Assembly: GCA_004283055.1 (NCBI GenBank) | Contig: SHLP01000008.1 | Location: 668 to 64,667, forward strand | Source of the DNA: Deltaproteobacteria bacterium | Lineage (GTDB): Bacteria > Myxococcota_A > Polyangia > Polyangiales > Houyiibacteriaceae | Length of the DNA stretch: 64,000 nt | Reading direction: 5' to 3' | Shown: positions 46,328-54,906 of the stretch, piece after piece | How positions within the stretch are numbered: the stretch's first letter is position 1 | Layout of the letters: the number at the start of each line of letters is the position of its first letter | Made by a program: the position numbers and the translations under genes | Notes under the pieces: model-generated | What the model saw: the letters and a program-made list of their open reading frames with translations, nothing else | What the model was told of the DNA's origin: nothing | Databases searched by the model: none

Positions 46328-47661
46328 GGGAGTCATCGGTCAACTCCGAACGCTGGTCGGGCTTCGAACGCCACACGCTTCCCGAGTCGCTGGGCGTGCC
46401 GGCGCCGCGACGAACCATCGTCGTAGCTAAGACACTGGTTGCGGTCTTCCTGCTGTTCACCGTTGCTGCGCTTCTTGCGCCCTGGACCCAGAACATCCGA
46501 GGGCGTGGGCGGGTGTTCGCATATGCGCCCGAACAGCGACAGCAGCCCATCGAGGCGACCATCTCCGGGCGCGTCGAGAAGTGGTTCGTCCAAGAGGGCA
46601 CCCAGGTCAAGAAGGGCGATCCCATCGTGAAGCTGACCGACAACGATGAGTCGATTCTCGACCGTCTCGGGGCGGAGCGAGAAGCGATCGAGCTCCGTCG
46701 GATGGCGCAGTCGCAGCGCGTCGGGTCGCTGAGCAACCGGATCGAGTCGATTCGTCGCTCGCAGCGCGCGGAGATTTCGGCCGCCGAATCGAACGTTCAA
46801 ATCGCTCAGCGCGGCGTCGACGCAGCCGTGCAGGATGTTGGCGCAGCGACCGCCGAGGTCGAAACCAACGAGCTCAACCTTCGCCGCCAGCGCGGCCTCT
46901 TCGACGACGGCCTCGCCTCCCAACGCGAGTTCGAGCTTGCGGAGCTTGCCGCGCGGCAGAGCAGGGCCAAGCTCGCATCGGCGAACGCGAAGCTCGCAGC
47001 TTCAAAAAACAGGCTCGCGCAAAGCCGCGCCGCGCTACGACGGGTCATTGCGTCCACCGAGGCGGAAGTCGAAAACGCCGAGGCGAGCTGGCGGAGTGCA
47101 GAGACGGAGGTCGCATCCACCAACGCGGCGCTGGCACGCCTCGACGTGGGCATTTCACGTCAACAGGCCCAGACGATTACGGCGCCCCTCGACGGGACGA
47201 TTCTTCGCGTCGTCGGGCGTCTAGGAGGAGAGCAGGTCAGCCAAGGCGAGGTCCTGGCTGTGCTCGTGCCTCTGACCGAAGATCGCGCGGTCGAGCTCTA
47301 CGTCGATGGCAACGATGCCGCCCTGATCAAACCCGGCAGCCCAGTCCGTCTTCAGTTCGAAGGTTGGCCGGCGGTGCAGTTCTCCGGCTGGCCGTCGGTC
47401 GCGGTCGGGACGTTTGGCGGGCGGGTTGCGTTCGTGGATGCAAGCGACGACGGGCGCGGAGACTTCCGCATCGTCGTCGTGCCCGACGCGGCGGACAGCC
47501 CCTGGCCCGCGGCGAGCTATCTGCGTCAAGGCGTCCTGGCCAAGGGCTGGGTTCTGCTCAAGCGGGTCTCGCTCGGCTTTGAGATCTGGCGGCAGTTCAA
47601 TGGCTTTCCGCCCACGACGGACCCACCCCCGATGGCCACGACTGGCAAGGAGGCCAAGTGA
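46324..47661 (+). CDS. HlyD-family membrane fusion protein
   Basis: N-terminal TM anchor, a GDPIVKL lipoyl-like motif, a long Ala/Arg/Glu coiled-coil hairpin, and the beta-barrel block ITAPLDGTILRV. ATGA overlap with the ABC gene. Confidence 0.85.
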   Translation: MRESSVNSERWSGFERHTLPESLGVPAPRRTIVVAKTLVAVFLLFTVAALLAPWTQNIRGRGRVFAYAPEQRQQPIEATISGRVEKWFVQEGTQVKKGDPIVKLTDNDESILDRLGAEREAIELRRMAQSQRVGSLSNRIESIRRSQRAEISAAESNVQIAQRGVDAAVQDVGAATAEVETNELNLRRQRGLFDDGLASQREFELAELAARQSRAKLASANAKLAASKNRLAQSRAALRRVIASTEAEVENAEASWRSAETEVASTNAALARLDVGISRQQAQTITAPLDGTILRVVGRLGGEQVSQGEVLAVLVPLTEDRAVELYVDGNDAALIKPGSPVRLQFEGWPAVQFSGWPSVAVGTFGGRVAFVDASDDGRGDFRIVVVPDAADSPWPAASYLRQGVLAKGWVLLKRVSLGFEIWRQFNGFPPTTDPPPMATTGKEAK

Positions 47662-49097
47662 GCGCTGCCGCGCGCTTGGGCGTTCTTGTCTTAGGAGCGC
47701 TTACGCCAGCCCTTGCATTCGCGAACGAGGAGCCGGGAGGGCCGCTTCATTTCGAGGAGGTTCTGCAATCGGTCAAGGCGCACGATCCGCGAATACGGCA
47801 AGCGGTTGCGCAGCTTCGCAAGGCCGAGTCCAAAACGATGGAGGCCCGTGGCGCGTTTGATCCAAGGATCGACGGCGACGGGAAGATCCTCACCGGCGCG
47901 TACTACGACACGCGCAGTGCCGACGTGGAGCTTCGGCAGCCGACGACGCTGTGGGGCTCGGAGATATTCGTGGGCTATCGCGTCGGGCTTGGCATCAATG
48001 AGCGCTGGCCGACGTATCGGGACGATCAGACGCTCTCCAGCGGCGAGGTCCGAGCGGGAATCGAGGTGCCAATCTGGCGGGGTGGGCTCACCGACCCCGA
48101 CCGTGCCGAGCGTGCCCGCGCGATTCAACTCGAAGAAGCTGCTGGTCAAGGCCTGTCGGCCGCACAGCTCAACCTCGAGCTCGCGGCCGCGCGGACGTAC
48201 TGGAGCTGGGTAGGCACGGGGCGGAACCGAGAGGTTGCCAGATCCTTACTCGACCTGGCCGAGCAGCGAGACGCTCAGCTCCGCCGTCGTCTCAAGGCCG
48301 GTTCAATCGCTTCCTTCGATGTATTGGACAACGAGCGAATCCTGCTCGAGCGAAAGGCGTTCCTCGTCGCGGCCGAGCGCGCCTTCCAGAAAGCGACCTT
48401 CGACCTGTCGCTCTTCTTCCGCGACTCGGAGGGGCTTCCTATCGTTGCTGACGCTCAGCGCCTTCCCGAGACGCTGTCCGTCGAGCCGCTCGAAGGGCTT
48501 TCGGTAGAGCGTGCGGTGGACGAAGTCCTCGCATGCCACCCCGAGCTCGAGCGAGCGCGTGCCGAGCTCGAAGCCGCCGAGGTCGATCAAAGGCTCGCCC
48601 GCAACGAGCTTGGGCCCGAGCTCAGGGCGCGATTCGTATACTCGCGCGATCTCGGCGCTCTAACCGACACCGATCTCGATTTCACGCTTCCGGGCAACGT
48701 GTACGAGGCGGGACTGGCTCTTTCGATGCCCTTGATTTTTCGCGAGGAGCGCGGCAGGGCCGGGCTCGCTCGAGCGGAGGTTGCCGAGAAGCAGGCGCGG
48801 GTGCGCTTGGTCTCGGACCAGCTCCGCGCGAGAACGCTCGACGCGGCGTCGGCCGTAGAGGCCGCTCAGCAAAGAGCCAAGCTGACCGACGCGGTGGTCG
48901 ATACGGCCGCAGAGCTCGCCGAGGGCGAGCGACGCCGATTCGAGGTCGGGTCGAGCAACCTCATCTTCGTCAATCTGCGCGAGCAGCAGGCGGCCATGGC
49001 GCAGATGCGCTTCATCGAGGCCCTTGCGCTCGCCGAGATTGAGCGCACGCGCTGGGAGACGACCACGCGCGTCCAGTGCGGCGACGTCGCTCGCTGA
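47658..49097 (+). CDS. TolC-family outer membrane factor
   Basis: Signal peptide, then two repeats of the OEP helical/beta pattern (LHFEEVLQSV..HDPRI..A...L..A....). GTGA overlap with the MFP gene. Confidence 0.85.
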   Translation: MSAAARLGVLVLGALTPALAFANEEPGGPLHFEEVLQSVKAHDPRIRQAVAQLRKAESKTMEARGAFDPRIDGDGKILTGAYYDTRSADVELRQPTTLWGSEIFVGYRVGLGINERWPTYRDDQTLSSGEVRAGIEVPIWRGGLTDPDRAERARAIQLEEAAGQGLSAAQLNLELAAARTYWSWVGTGRNREVARSLLDLAEQRDAQLRRRLKAGSIASFDVLDNERILLERKAFLVAAERAFQKATFDLSLFFRDSEGLPIVADAQRLPETLSVEPLEGLSVERAVDEVLACHPELERARAELEAAEVDQRLARNELGPELRARFVYSRDLGALTDTDLDFTLPGNVYEAGLALSMPLIFREERGRAGLARAEVAEKQARVRLVSDQLRARTLDAASAVEAAQQRAKLTDAVVDTAAELAEGERRRFEVGSSNLIFVNLREQQAAMAQMRFIEALALAEIERTRWETTTRVQCGDVAR

Positions 49098-49179
49098 AGC
49101 AACGCAGCGCTCATCCGGTGACAAGGGGCTTGCAGAAGTCACTAGAAGGCCTAACAGATACTCCTGAAGGGAAATCGCC

Positions 49180-49650
49180 ATGGAGCTCAACACCGGTATC
49201 TCATCCGACCACCGCGAAAAGTTGGCAGCCGAGCTTTCGAGGCTCTTGGCTGACAGCTACACCCTCTATCTCAAGACCCACAACTTCCACTGGAACGTGA
49301 CTGGGCCGATGTTCCAAACTCTCCACTCGATGTTCGAGCTACACTACACCGAGCTCGCGATGGCGGTCGACACCATCGCCGAGCGCATTCGGGCCCTCGG
49401 TGTTCTCGCGCCCGGAAGCTACGCGGCCTTTGGAAGGCTAGCGAGCGTCCCAGACACCGACGCGGCTCCAAACGCGCTCGAGATGATCAGGCTGCTCGTC
49501 GAAGCGCACGAGACGGTGATTCGCACCGCGCGCGAGGTGGTGCGTGCCGCAGAAGATGCCGGCGATCAGGCGACGGCCGACCTCGGGACGCAGCGCCTCC
49601 AGCTTCACGAAAAGACGGCTTGGATGCTTCGGAGTCTGCTCGAGGACTGA
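49180..49650 (+). CDS. dps: Dps (DNA-binding ferritin-like protein)
   Basis: LSRLLADSYTLYLKTHNFHWNVTGPMFQTLHSMFELHYTELAMAVDTIAERIRALG carries the canonical Dps ferroxidase-site residues. Confidence 0.9.
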   Translation: MELNTGISSDHREKLAAELSRLLADSYTLYLKTHNFHWNVTGPMFQTLHSMFELHYTELAMAVDTIAERIRALGVLAPGSYAAFGRLASVPDTDAAPNALEMIRLLVEAHETVIRTAREVVRAAEDAGDQATADLGTQRLQLHEKTAWMLRSLLED

Positions 49651-49661
49651 GTCGTCCGTTC

Positions 49662-49686
49662 CGGAGCGATTTGGCAAACCGCTCCG
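49662..49686 (+). terminator. hairpin after dps (7-bp stem CGGAGCG/CGCTCCG, 11-nt loop)
   Basis: Read directly from the sequence, 12 nt after the dps stop. There is no U-tract, so it may be a partial terminator or attenuator ahead of 49706. Confidence 0.35.
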
Positions 49687-49705
49687 CAGGCCCTAAGGAG
49701 GGTCG

Positions 49706-50482
49706 ATGGCTAAAGGGGTTCGCGACGTGATACGGCGCGCTGCACGTGGCAGCTCGTGGTCACACTTCATGGACTATGCGTCGCCCGCCTTGTTCGAAGT
49801 CATGCCCATGCGAGCGCTTCTCGCTCAGGGAAAGGAATTTGTCTCCAATGGGTCAGACGGGCATCGCTACGCCAAAGTGCGAGAAGGGATCGCGTCGTCA
49901 CTTCGCGCGCGCGGCCTCGATGTCGAGCTGGGGCCTCAGGAAAACAAGGCGAGGGGCCTCGTTCCGGCTGAGCTCTCCGAAGACGCCAGGCGGCAGACGG
50001 GCGATCGCATCCTCGAAATCTACTTCACGCAGATCTTTGCGGGCGATGAAACGATTCTCGACCTGCGCGGCGATTCTTTCTCGACATCCGAAGGGGCCAG
50101 TCTTCAGTGGCGCCCGAAGGCGTTTTACGTGCAATGGCAATCCGACTTCCTGCAAGGGCTTCGAGACCTCTACGCCGGATTTTACCTCGACGAGGAGGCA
50201 CGCTTCGAAGCGGGCTTGCACCGGCTCGGCCTTCAGAATTCCGGCGATGCGCTCGTGAGCCATCTCGGCAGCGGCGATCAGCGCAGTGTCCGGTTCGAGA
50301 CCAGCGCGTTTCACACGAGCTTTCACGACACCTTTTTGGCCTGCCGCGACCGAGGCGTGGCGCTTCATCGGAACTTCCTCGCGCTCGGCATCTATTTGGT
50401 GTGCCTCTACGACGTGCTCGAGTCGCTCGAGCTAGAGTTTGATGTGCGCGGCGCGTTTGAGAGATCGTGCGTGAGCTGTTAG
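49706..50482 (+). CDS. uncharacterised protein, paralogue A of an unrecognised ~260-aa family
   Basis: Shares long collinear blocks with 59980..60771 (YFTQIFAGD / YFTQLFQGD; LRDLYAGFYLDEEARFEAGLHRLG / VRDVYAGFFIDDQAQFQAGLRKLG; RNFLALGIYLVCLYDVLESLELEFDVRGAFERS / RNFVAFGLYLLSLHELLESLDCSFDVRSAFMRS). Confidence 0.65.
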   Translation: MAKGVRDVIRRAARGSSWSHFMDYASPALFEVMPMRALLAQGKEFVSNGSDGHRYAKVREGIASSLRARGLDVELGPQENKARGLVPAELSEDARRQTGDRILEIYFTQIFAGDETILDLRGDSFSTSEGASLQWRPKAFYVQWQSDFLQGLRDLYAGFYLDEEARFEAGLHRLGLQNSGDALVSHLGSGDQRSVRFETSAFHTSFHDTFLACRDRGVALHRNFLALGIYLVCLYDVLESLELEFDVRGAFERSCVSC

Positions 50483-50488
50483 CAGCCG

Positions 50489-51454
50489 ATGAGCCTACCA
50501 CCGCCAAAATCTCGAAAACTGCTTCTCACTGGCGCGACCGGTTTCGTCGGCCGGCATCTCGATGCGGCACTTACCGAGACGAGCTGGCAGGTCATTCGTG
50601 CGACCAGAAATCCAAAGACGGCTTCGCAGCCCGGCTGGGTCTACCTCGACGTCTCCGACCCGAGCTCGATCGACCCGGCTATCGCGGGCTGCGACGCTGC
50701 CGTCTACCTGATCCACTCGATCGACGACTCCGAGGATTATCCGGAACGCGAAGCGCTCGGAGCCAAAGCGTTTCTCGCGGCGGCCGAGCGGGCTGGCGTG
50801 CGACGCATCGTCTACCTCGGCGGCGTTGCGCCAAGGGAAAAACCGTCGAGGCATCTTCTGAGCCGATTGAACACGGGCGAGATTCTGCGGTCGGGGGCGG
50901 TCTCGACCGTCGAGCTTCGATGCGGGCTCATCATTGGTGCGGGAGGCAGCTCGTGGATGATGGTCCGCGATCTTGCCGCGAGACTCCCCGCGATGCTTTT
51001 GCCTCGCTGGCTTCAGTTCTCGTCGTGGCCCGTGTGGATCGAAGACGTCGTTCTCGCGATCGCGCGCGCGCTCGATCTGCCAGGCCAACAGAGCGTGTGG
51101 TACGACGTGCCGGGGCGAGAGCGAATGACCCATGCCAACTTCCTTTCGCGCATCGCCAAGAGCATGGGCAAAGACCCAAGGCTCATCGGCGTGCCGGTGA
51201 TCACGCCGAGGCTCTCGAGCTACTGGATCGCGCTCGTGACCCGGGCGGATTTGGCGCTCGCGCAGGAGCTCGTCCAAGGGCTCCAAAGCGACTTGGATCC
51301 GAGCGGCGAAACGATCTGGGAGCGCCTCGGTGACGAGCGCCCAACGGAGTTCCAGACTTCTGTGTACCAGGCGCTCGAAGACGAGACAGCCGCCAGTGTC
51401 CCGACGCCGAAATTGGTGCGACGAATGCGTGACCGATTGAAGGGCGACGCCTAG
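50489..51454 (+). CDS. NAD(P)-binding (NmrA/atypical SDR-like) protein
   Basis: LLLTGATGFVGRHL glycine-rich motif and an extended-SDR layout. Starts 6 nt after paralogue A. Confidence 0.8.
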   Translation: MSLPPPKSRKLLLTGATGFVGRHLDAALTETSWQVIRATRNPKTASQPGWVYLDVSDPSSIDPAIAGCDAAVYLIHSIDDSEDYPEREALGAKAFLAAAERAGVRRIVYLGGVAPREKPSRHLLSRLNTGEILRSGAVSTVELRCGLIIGAGGSSWMMVRDLAARLPAMLLPRWLQFSSWPVWIEDVVLAIARALDLPGQQSVWYDVPGRERMTHANFLSRIAKSMGKDPRLIGVPVITPRLSSYWIALVTRADLALAQELVQGLQSDLDPSGETIWERLGDERPTEFQTSVYQALEDETAASVPTPKLVRRMRDRLKGDA

Positions 51455-52081
51455 GTGGAGCGGCTCGAGCGAGTCGAGGCCGTCGCGCTCGCCGCTTCAG
51501 TGGCAGCGTTTTGCGTGGCGATGGGTCTGCGCGAAGTCCTCAACATCTGGATCGGAACCGGCGCCGCCGCGCTGACCGCCTTGCTTGCGCTGTGGTTCGG
51601 CGCGCGTCCTGTGCTTCGATCCAACTTTCGGTCGCCCGCTGCGAAGAATCTGCTCGTCGGGCTTTCCGTCGGGGTACTGATGTCGATCGCGACCTGGTGG
51701 CTGTATCCCATCAGCGTGTCACTATTCCCGCCGATTCAAACCGAGGTCGAGACGCTCTACGCCCTGCTTCGTCAAGCTCCGGGGCCGGTTCGTGCCTTCC
51801 CCGTGCTCCTCTTGGTGGTTGCGGCGGAAGAGCTCGTCTGGCGCGGCGTTGCGATCGATCTCTTCTCGAAATCGCTCGGCCCCTGGCGCGCGATGGTGGT
51901 CTCGGCTCTTCTGTATGTTCTTCCGCAGGTCGCGCTGCGGTCGCCCTTGCTCATCATCGTCGCTCTGTGCTGCGGCCTCCTGTGGGGAGCTTTGCGGGTA
52001 CAAACCAAGGGCCTCGCCGCGCCGTTGGTTGCTCACCTGGTCTGGAACAATCTGGTGTTCGTCTGGCACCCCGTGGCCTGA
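51455..52081 (+). CDS. CPBP-family intramembrane glutamic endopeptidase (CAAX protease-like)
   Basis: Polytopic. Motif 1 is AAEELVWRG and motif 3 is VAHLVWNN. The GTG start immediately abuts the preceding stop. Confidence 0.75.
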   Translation: MERLERVEAVALAASVAAFCVAMGLREVLNIWIGTGAAALTALLALWFGARPVLRSNFRSPAAKNLLVGLSVGVLMSIATWWLYPISVSLFPPIQTEVETLYALLRQAPGPVRAFPVLLLVVAAEELVWRGVAIDLFSKSLGPWRAMVVSALLYVLPQVALRSPLLIIVALCCGLLWGALRVQTKGLAAPLVAHLVWNNLVFVWHPVA

Positions 52082-52099
52082 GAGGCGCGGCAGCGGTTC

Positions 52100-53320
52100 C
52101 TAGGTGATTGTGAATGACGGCTCTTCTCCGCGGAGGATACGGGTCAGGTCGCCCCGAACCACTCGATTTCCAACCTCCGAGACAAGCTGGCTTGCACCGG
52201 GTACGCGGCGGCGAATCCATTCGAATGGCGCGACCGCTGCGCGAATCGGATAGACCGAGTACTGCCAGAGATCGTTGGGGATGCCGAGGTCGTCTGCGAT
52301 CTCTGGGCCGTTGAATGCGCGCGCGAGCCCGTTGTGGATCCGACTCACCGCAAGCGCGACGACGGGGGGTGCCTTCCCGTTCGCGTTCTGCCCCGGCACC
52401 TTCAGAAGCTGCTCGGTCAAGGCGCGCGAATCGTCGTCGGGCCCGGGCTGTACCAGCCGAAGAAGATCGGCGAGGCGCCGAGTCTTCCCTTCGCTTCCGA
52501 GCTGCTCGAGCAGCCACGGGTCGACGCCGCTCAAGTGTCCACAGTATCGCCACAACGCGAGAATGGCTTCTCGCTCCTCCGCAGTGAGGTAAAAACCGAG
52601 ACGCTGCGCACCGTCCATCATGAGGAGCGAAAACTCCAACAGAGTCCCAAACATGTCGGCCTGGTTGATCGGCAGTCCCCACAGATCGGTGCGCCACCTG
52701 CCCGAGTCCAAGCAAGCGCGCCGCACGTGTGAATGGATCAAACTCACGCGCAGTGAGATCTCCCTGCCCGGGCGTCCAGGTCGAAGACCGTCGACCTGCG
52801 TGGCCTCACTAACGAAGCGCGCCGTCTCGGCGAGCCGCCGCTGAGGGCGGCCGATGAGCTCCCCGGTAAACGCCAGCGGTTTGACGGCTGCGCTCGAGTG
52901 ATACCCGTTGATGAGAGACCACGCGCTGAGGACGATCATGCCGAGGACTCCGAATCGCTGGTAGGCAAGCGCTCCGCTGCGGATCTGATCAAAGTCGACC
53001 CAGGCTGGAAGCGCATCGGCGCGCTCGAAGAATGCTCTGAGCTCTAATGAAGCTTCCGGAACCGCTGAAATGCCGTCGCGAAGAGCGCGTTCGAACTGGG
53101 ACTGGGCCCACTCGCCGTGGCGTTCGATCCATCGAACGAGCGCATCGGACAGCGGGTCTCCAGCGAGGTAAAAGCCTGCGTAGCGATCGGAATCGTCTCC
53201 GAAGCGCCGCCGGGCTTCCTCCCTGTTTTGATACCGATTTGGGTAGTCGGACTCGTTCATGGGCACGGTCAACCTAAGGCTCGGAGAGACATGCGGCCAG
53301 GTCCGGGCCGGCAGGCTCAT
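52100..53320 (-). CDS. DUF2236 / MpaB-family oxygenase domain protein
   Basis: About 400 aa. The pattern LRVSLIHSHVRR ... WG.PINQ.DM..TL..F resembles the DUF2236 (MpaB / rubber-oxygenase-like) family. ATGA overlap with the upstream DUF1295 gene. Confidence 0.7.
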   Translation of the reverse strand: MSLPARTWPHVSPSLRLTVPMNESDYPNRYQNREEARRRFGDDSDRYAGFYLAGDPLSDALVRWIERHGEWAQSQFERALRDGISAVPEASLELRAFFERADALPAWVDFDQIRSGALAYQRFGVLGMIVLSAWSLINGYHSSAAVKPLAFTGELIGRPQRRLAETARFVSEATQVDGLRPGRPGREISLRVSLIHSHVRRACLDSGRWRTDLWGLPINQADMFGTLLEFSLLMMDGAQRLGFYLTAEEREAILALWRYCGHLSGVDPWLLEQLGSEGKTRRLADLLRLVQPGPDDDSRALTEQLLKVPGQNANGKAPPVVALAVSRIHNGLARAFNGPEIADDLGIPNDLWQYSVYPIRAAVAPFEWIRRRVPGASQLVSEVGNRVVRGDLTRILRGEEPSFTIT

Positions 53321-54204
53321 TGCCGAGGTGGGCGGGGAATCAGCACCGGCGTCTGGTCCTTGTACCGGCGATAGCCTTCTTCATCGCCCCATCGTTCATC
53401 GGACCGCTTCTCGAGGAGCGGAATGCCGCTTACGCGTGTGAGCAACACGATCACGAAGATTGGAGAGATCATCGTGGCCCATTGCCAGCCAACGAGCGTC
53501 GAGGCTGCGATCAGAGCCACTCCAAACCAAAGGACGATTTCGCCGAAATAGTTCGGGTGCCGTGACCAGGCCCAGAGCCCGGTGTCAACGTACCGCCCCG
53601 GGTTCGCCGCGCGAAACTCGCTTTTCTGAAGGTCGGCGATGACTTCAATCGCAAAGCCGGTCGCCCAGACCACAAGGCCGATTGCGTCGAGCAGGCCGAA
53701 CGGTGACGGCTTCACCGTCGTGATCGCGGCAAGCGCCGCGCAAAGCGTCAAAAACACCCAAAAGCCTTGAAGGGTCCAGGCGATCAGAAACCGCGAGGCG
53801 CTCGGCTTGATTTCGTCGAAGCGGGGATCGGAGCCCGCATTTTGGATGCGCCGGAATAGAAAGCTACCGAGGCGCGAGGCCCAAATGAAAACCAAAAGCG
53901 CGAGGAGGATGGAGCGGCCATCGTTCGGGCGGGAAGCGAAGAGAGCAAAACCCGTGACCAGCATGTACGTCAGGCTGCCCACGAGATCGTAGTAGTGCTC
54001 GGTCTGTTTCAAGTAAGCCGGCACAAATGCAAGCCACTGCACGCCGAACGCGATCGCAGCGCACGAGAAGAGGATCGAGATACCGCCCGTTTGTGCGCCG
54101 CCATGCCCCCCGGCCCAGGCTACGACGGCAGCGACCGTCACCGCGCCCGAGATCACCCCCGCTGCAAGCGCAACTCGTTGAAATCCCATGAGTCCTTGGG
54201 CCAT
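53317..54204 (-). CDS. DUF1295 membrane protein (steroid 5-alpha-reductase / ICMT-like fold)
   Basis: YYDLVGSLTY, FIWASRLGSFLFRR, DPRFD and GLWAWSRHPNYFGEI..W.G are DUF1295 hallmarks. The ATG at complement(54202-54204) was chosen, and the longer track ORF (to 54393) was discarded. Confidence 0.8.
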   Translation of the reverse strand: MAQGLMGFQRVALAAGVISGAVTVAAVVAWAGGHGGAQTGGISILFSCAAIAFGVQWLAFVPAYLKQTEHYYDLVGSLTYMLVTGFALFASRPNDGRSILLALLVFIWASRLGSFLFRRIQNAGSDPRFDEIKPSASRFLIAWTLQGFWVFLTLCAALAAITTVKPSPFGLLDAIGLVVWATGFAIEVIADLQKSEFRAANPGRYVDTGLWAWSRHPNYFGEIVLWFGVALIAASTLVGWQWATMISPIFVIVLLTRVSGIPLLEKRSDERWGDEEGYRRYKDQTPVLIPRPPRQ

Positions 54205-54411
54205 AGCAGCAGAGGGTGCCGTTTGTCGAACGTCCCCCGAGACGGGCAGGGGACACTCTGGTGGGCGCCCGCGTCCGTCGCGGTTACCGCATCCGGAAGG
54301 GGCACACGGGAAGCTGACGGCGAGCATGGAGTCGGCTACGATCCTCGCAGCAGGCGGGTATTCGAGCTTTCGCAAAGAAATGCAGCGGTTCATGGAGTCC
54401 AGGAGTCGAAA

Positions 54412-54876
54412 ATGGCGAGACGCACAGTTCAGACATTCGTTTTCGCGCTGGTAGCCGTCGCATGGACCGTACCCGCGACCGCCGACGAAGAAACGGCGAG
54501 TCCTCCTGCGGTCCTAACGGTCGACGTTACGAACATACCAAACGAAAAAGGACAGATCGGCTGCTCGCTGTACTCGAAGGAAGACGGTTTTCCCTCCAAG
54601 CCCGACAAAGCCGATGCCAAGGTGTTCGTCAAGTCCAAGGCCGGGAAGGCGAGCTGCGTCTTCAAAGGACTCGAGCCAGGGAAGTACGCGGTCTCCGTCA
54701 TGCACGACGAGGACAAGAACGGAGAGCTCAAAACCAGCATGGTTGGGCGCCCAAAGGAATGGTGGGGCGTCTCGAACAACGTCCCGCCGGAGCGCTTCGG
54801 CCCTCCGAAGTACGAGGCTGCCCTGTTTTCGTACACTGGCAATCCCAAGACGATTAAGGTTAGGCTCCGGATCTAG
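54412..54876 (+). CDS. DUF2141 secreted protein
   Basis: The ATG at 54412 gives a signal peptide (MARRTVQTFVFALVAVAWTVPATA). NEKGQIGCSLY...FP......A........G.A.C.F..L.PG.YAVSV.HDEDKNGEL resembles DUF2141. Confidence 0.7.
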   Translation: MARRTVQTFVFALVAVAWTVPATADEETASPPAVLTVDVTNIPNEKGQIGCSLYSKEDGFPSKPDKADAKVFVKSKAGKASCVFKGLEPGKYAVSVMHDEDKNGELKTSMVGRPKEWWGVSNNVPPERFGPPKYEAALFSYTGNPKTIKVRLRI

Positions 54877-54906
54877 CCGCGGGTCTTCCGCGCCCCGGAC
54901 CCCTCA

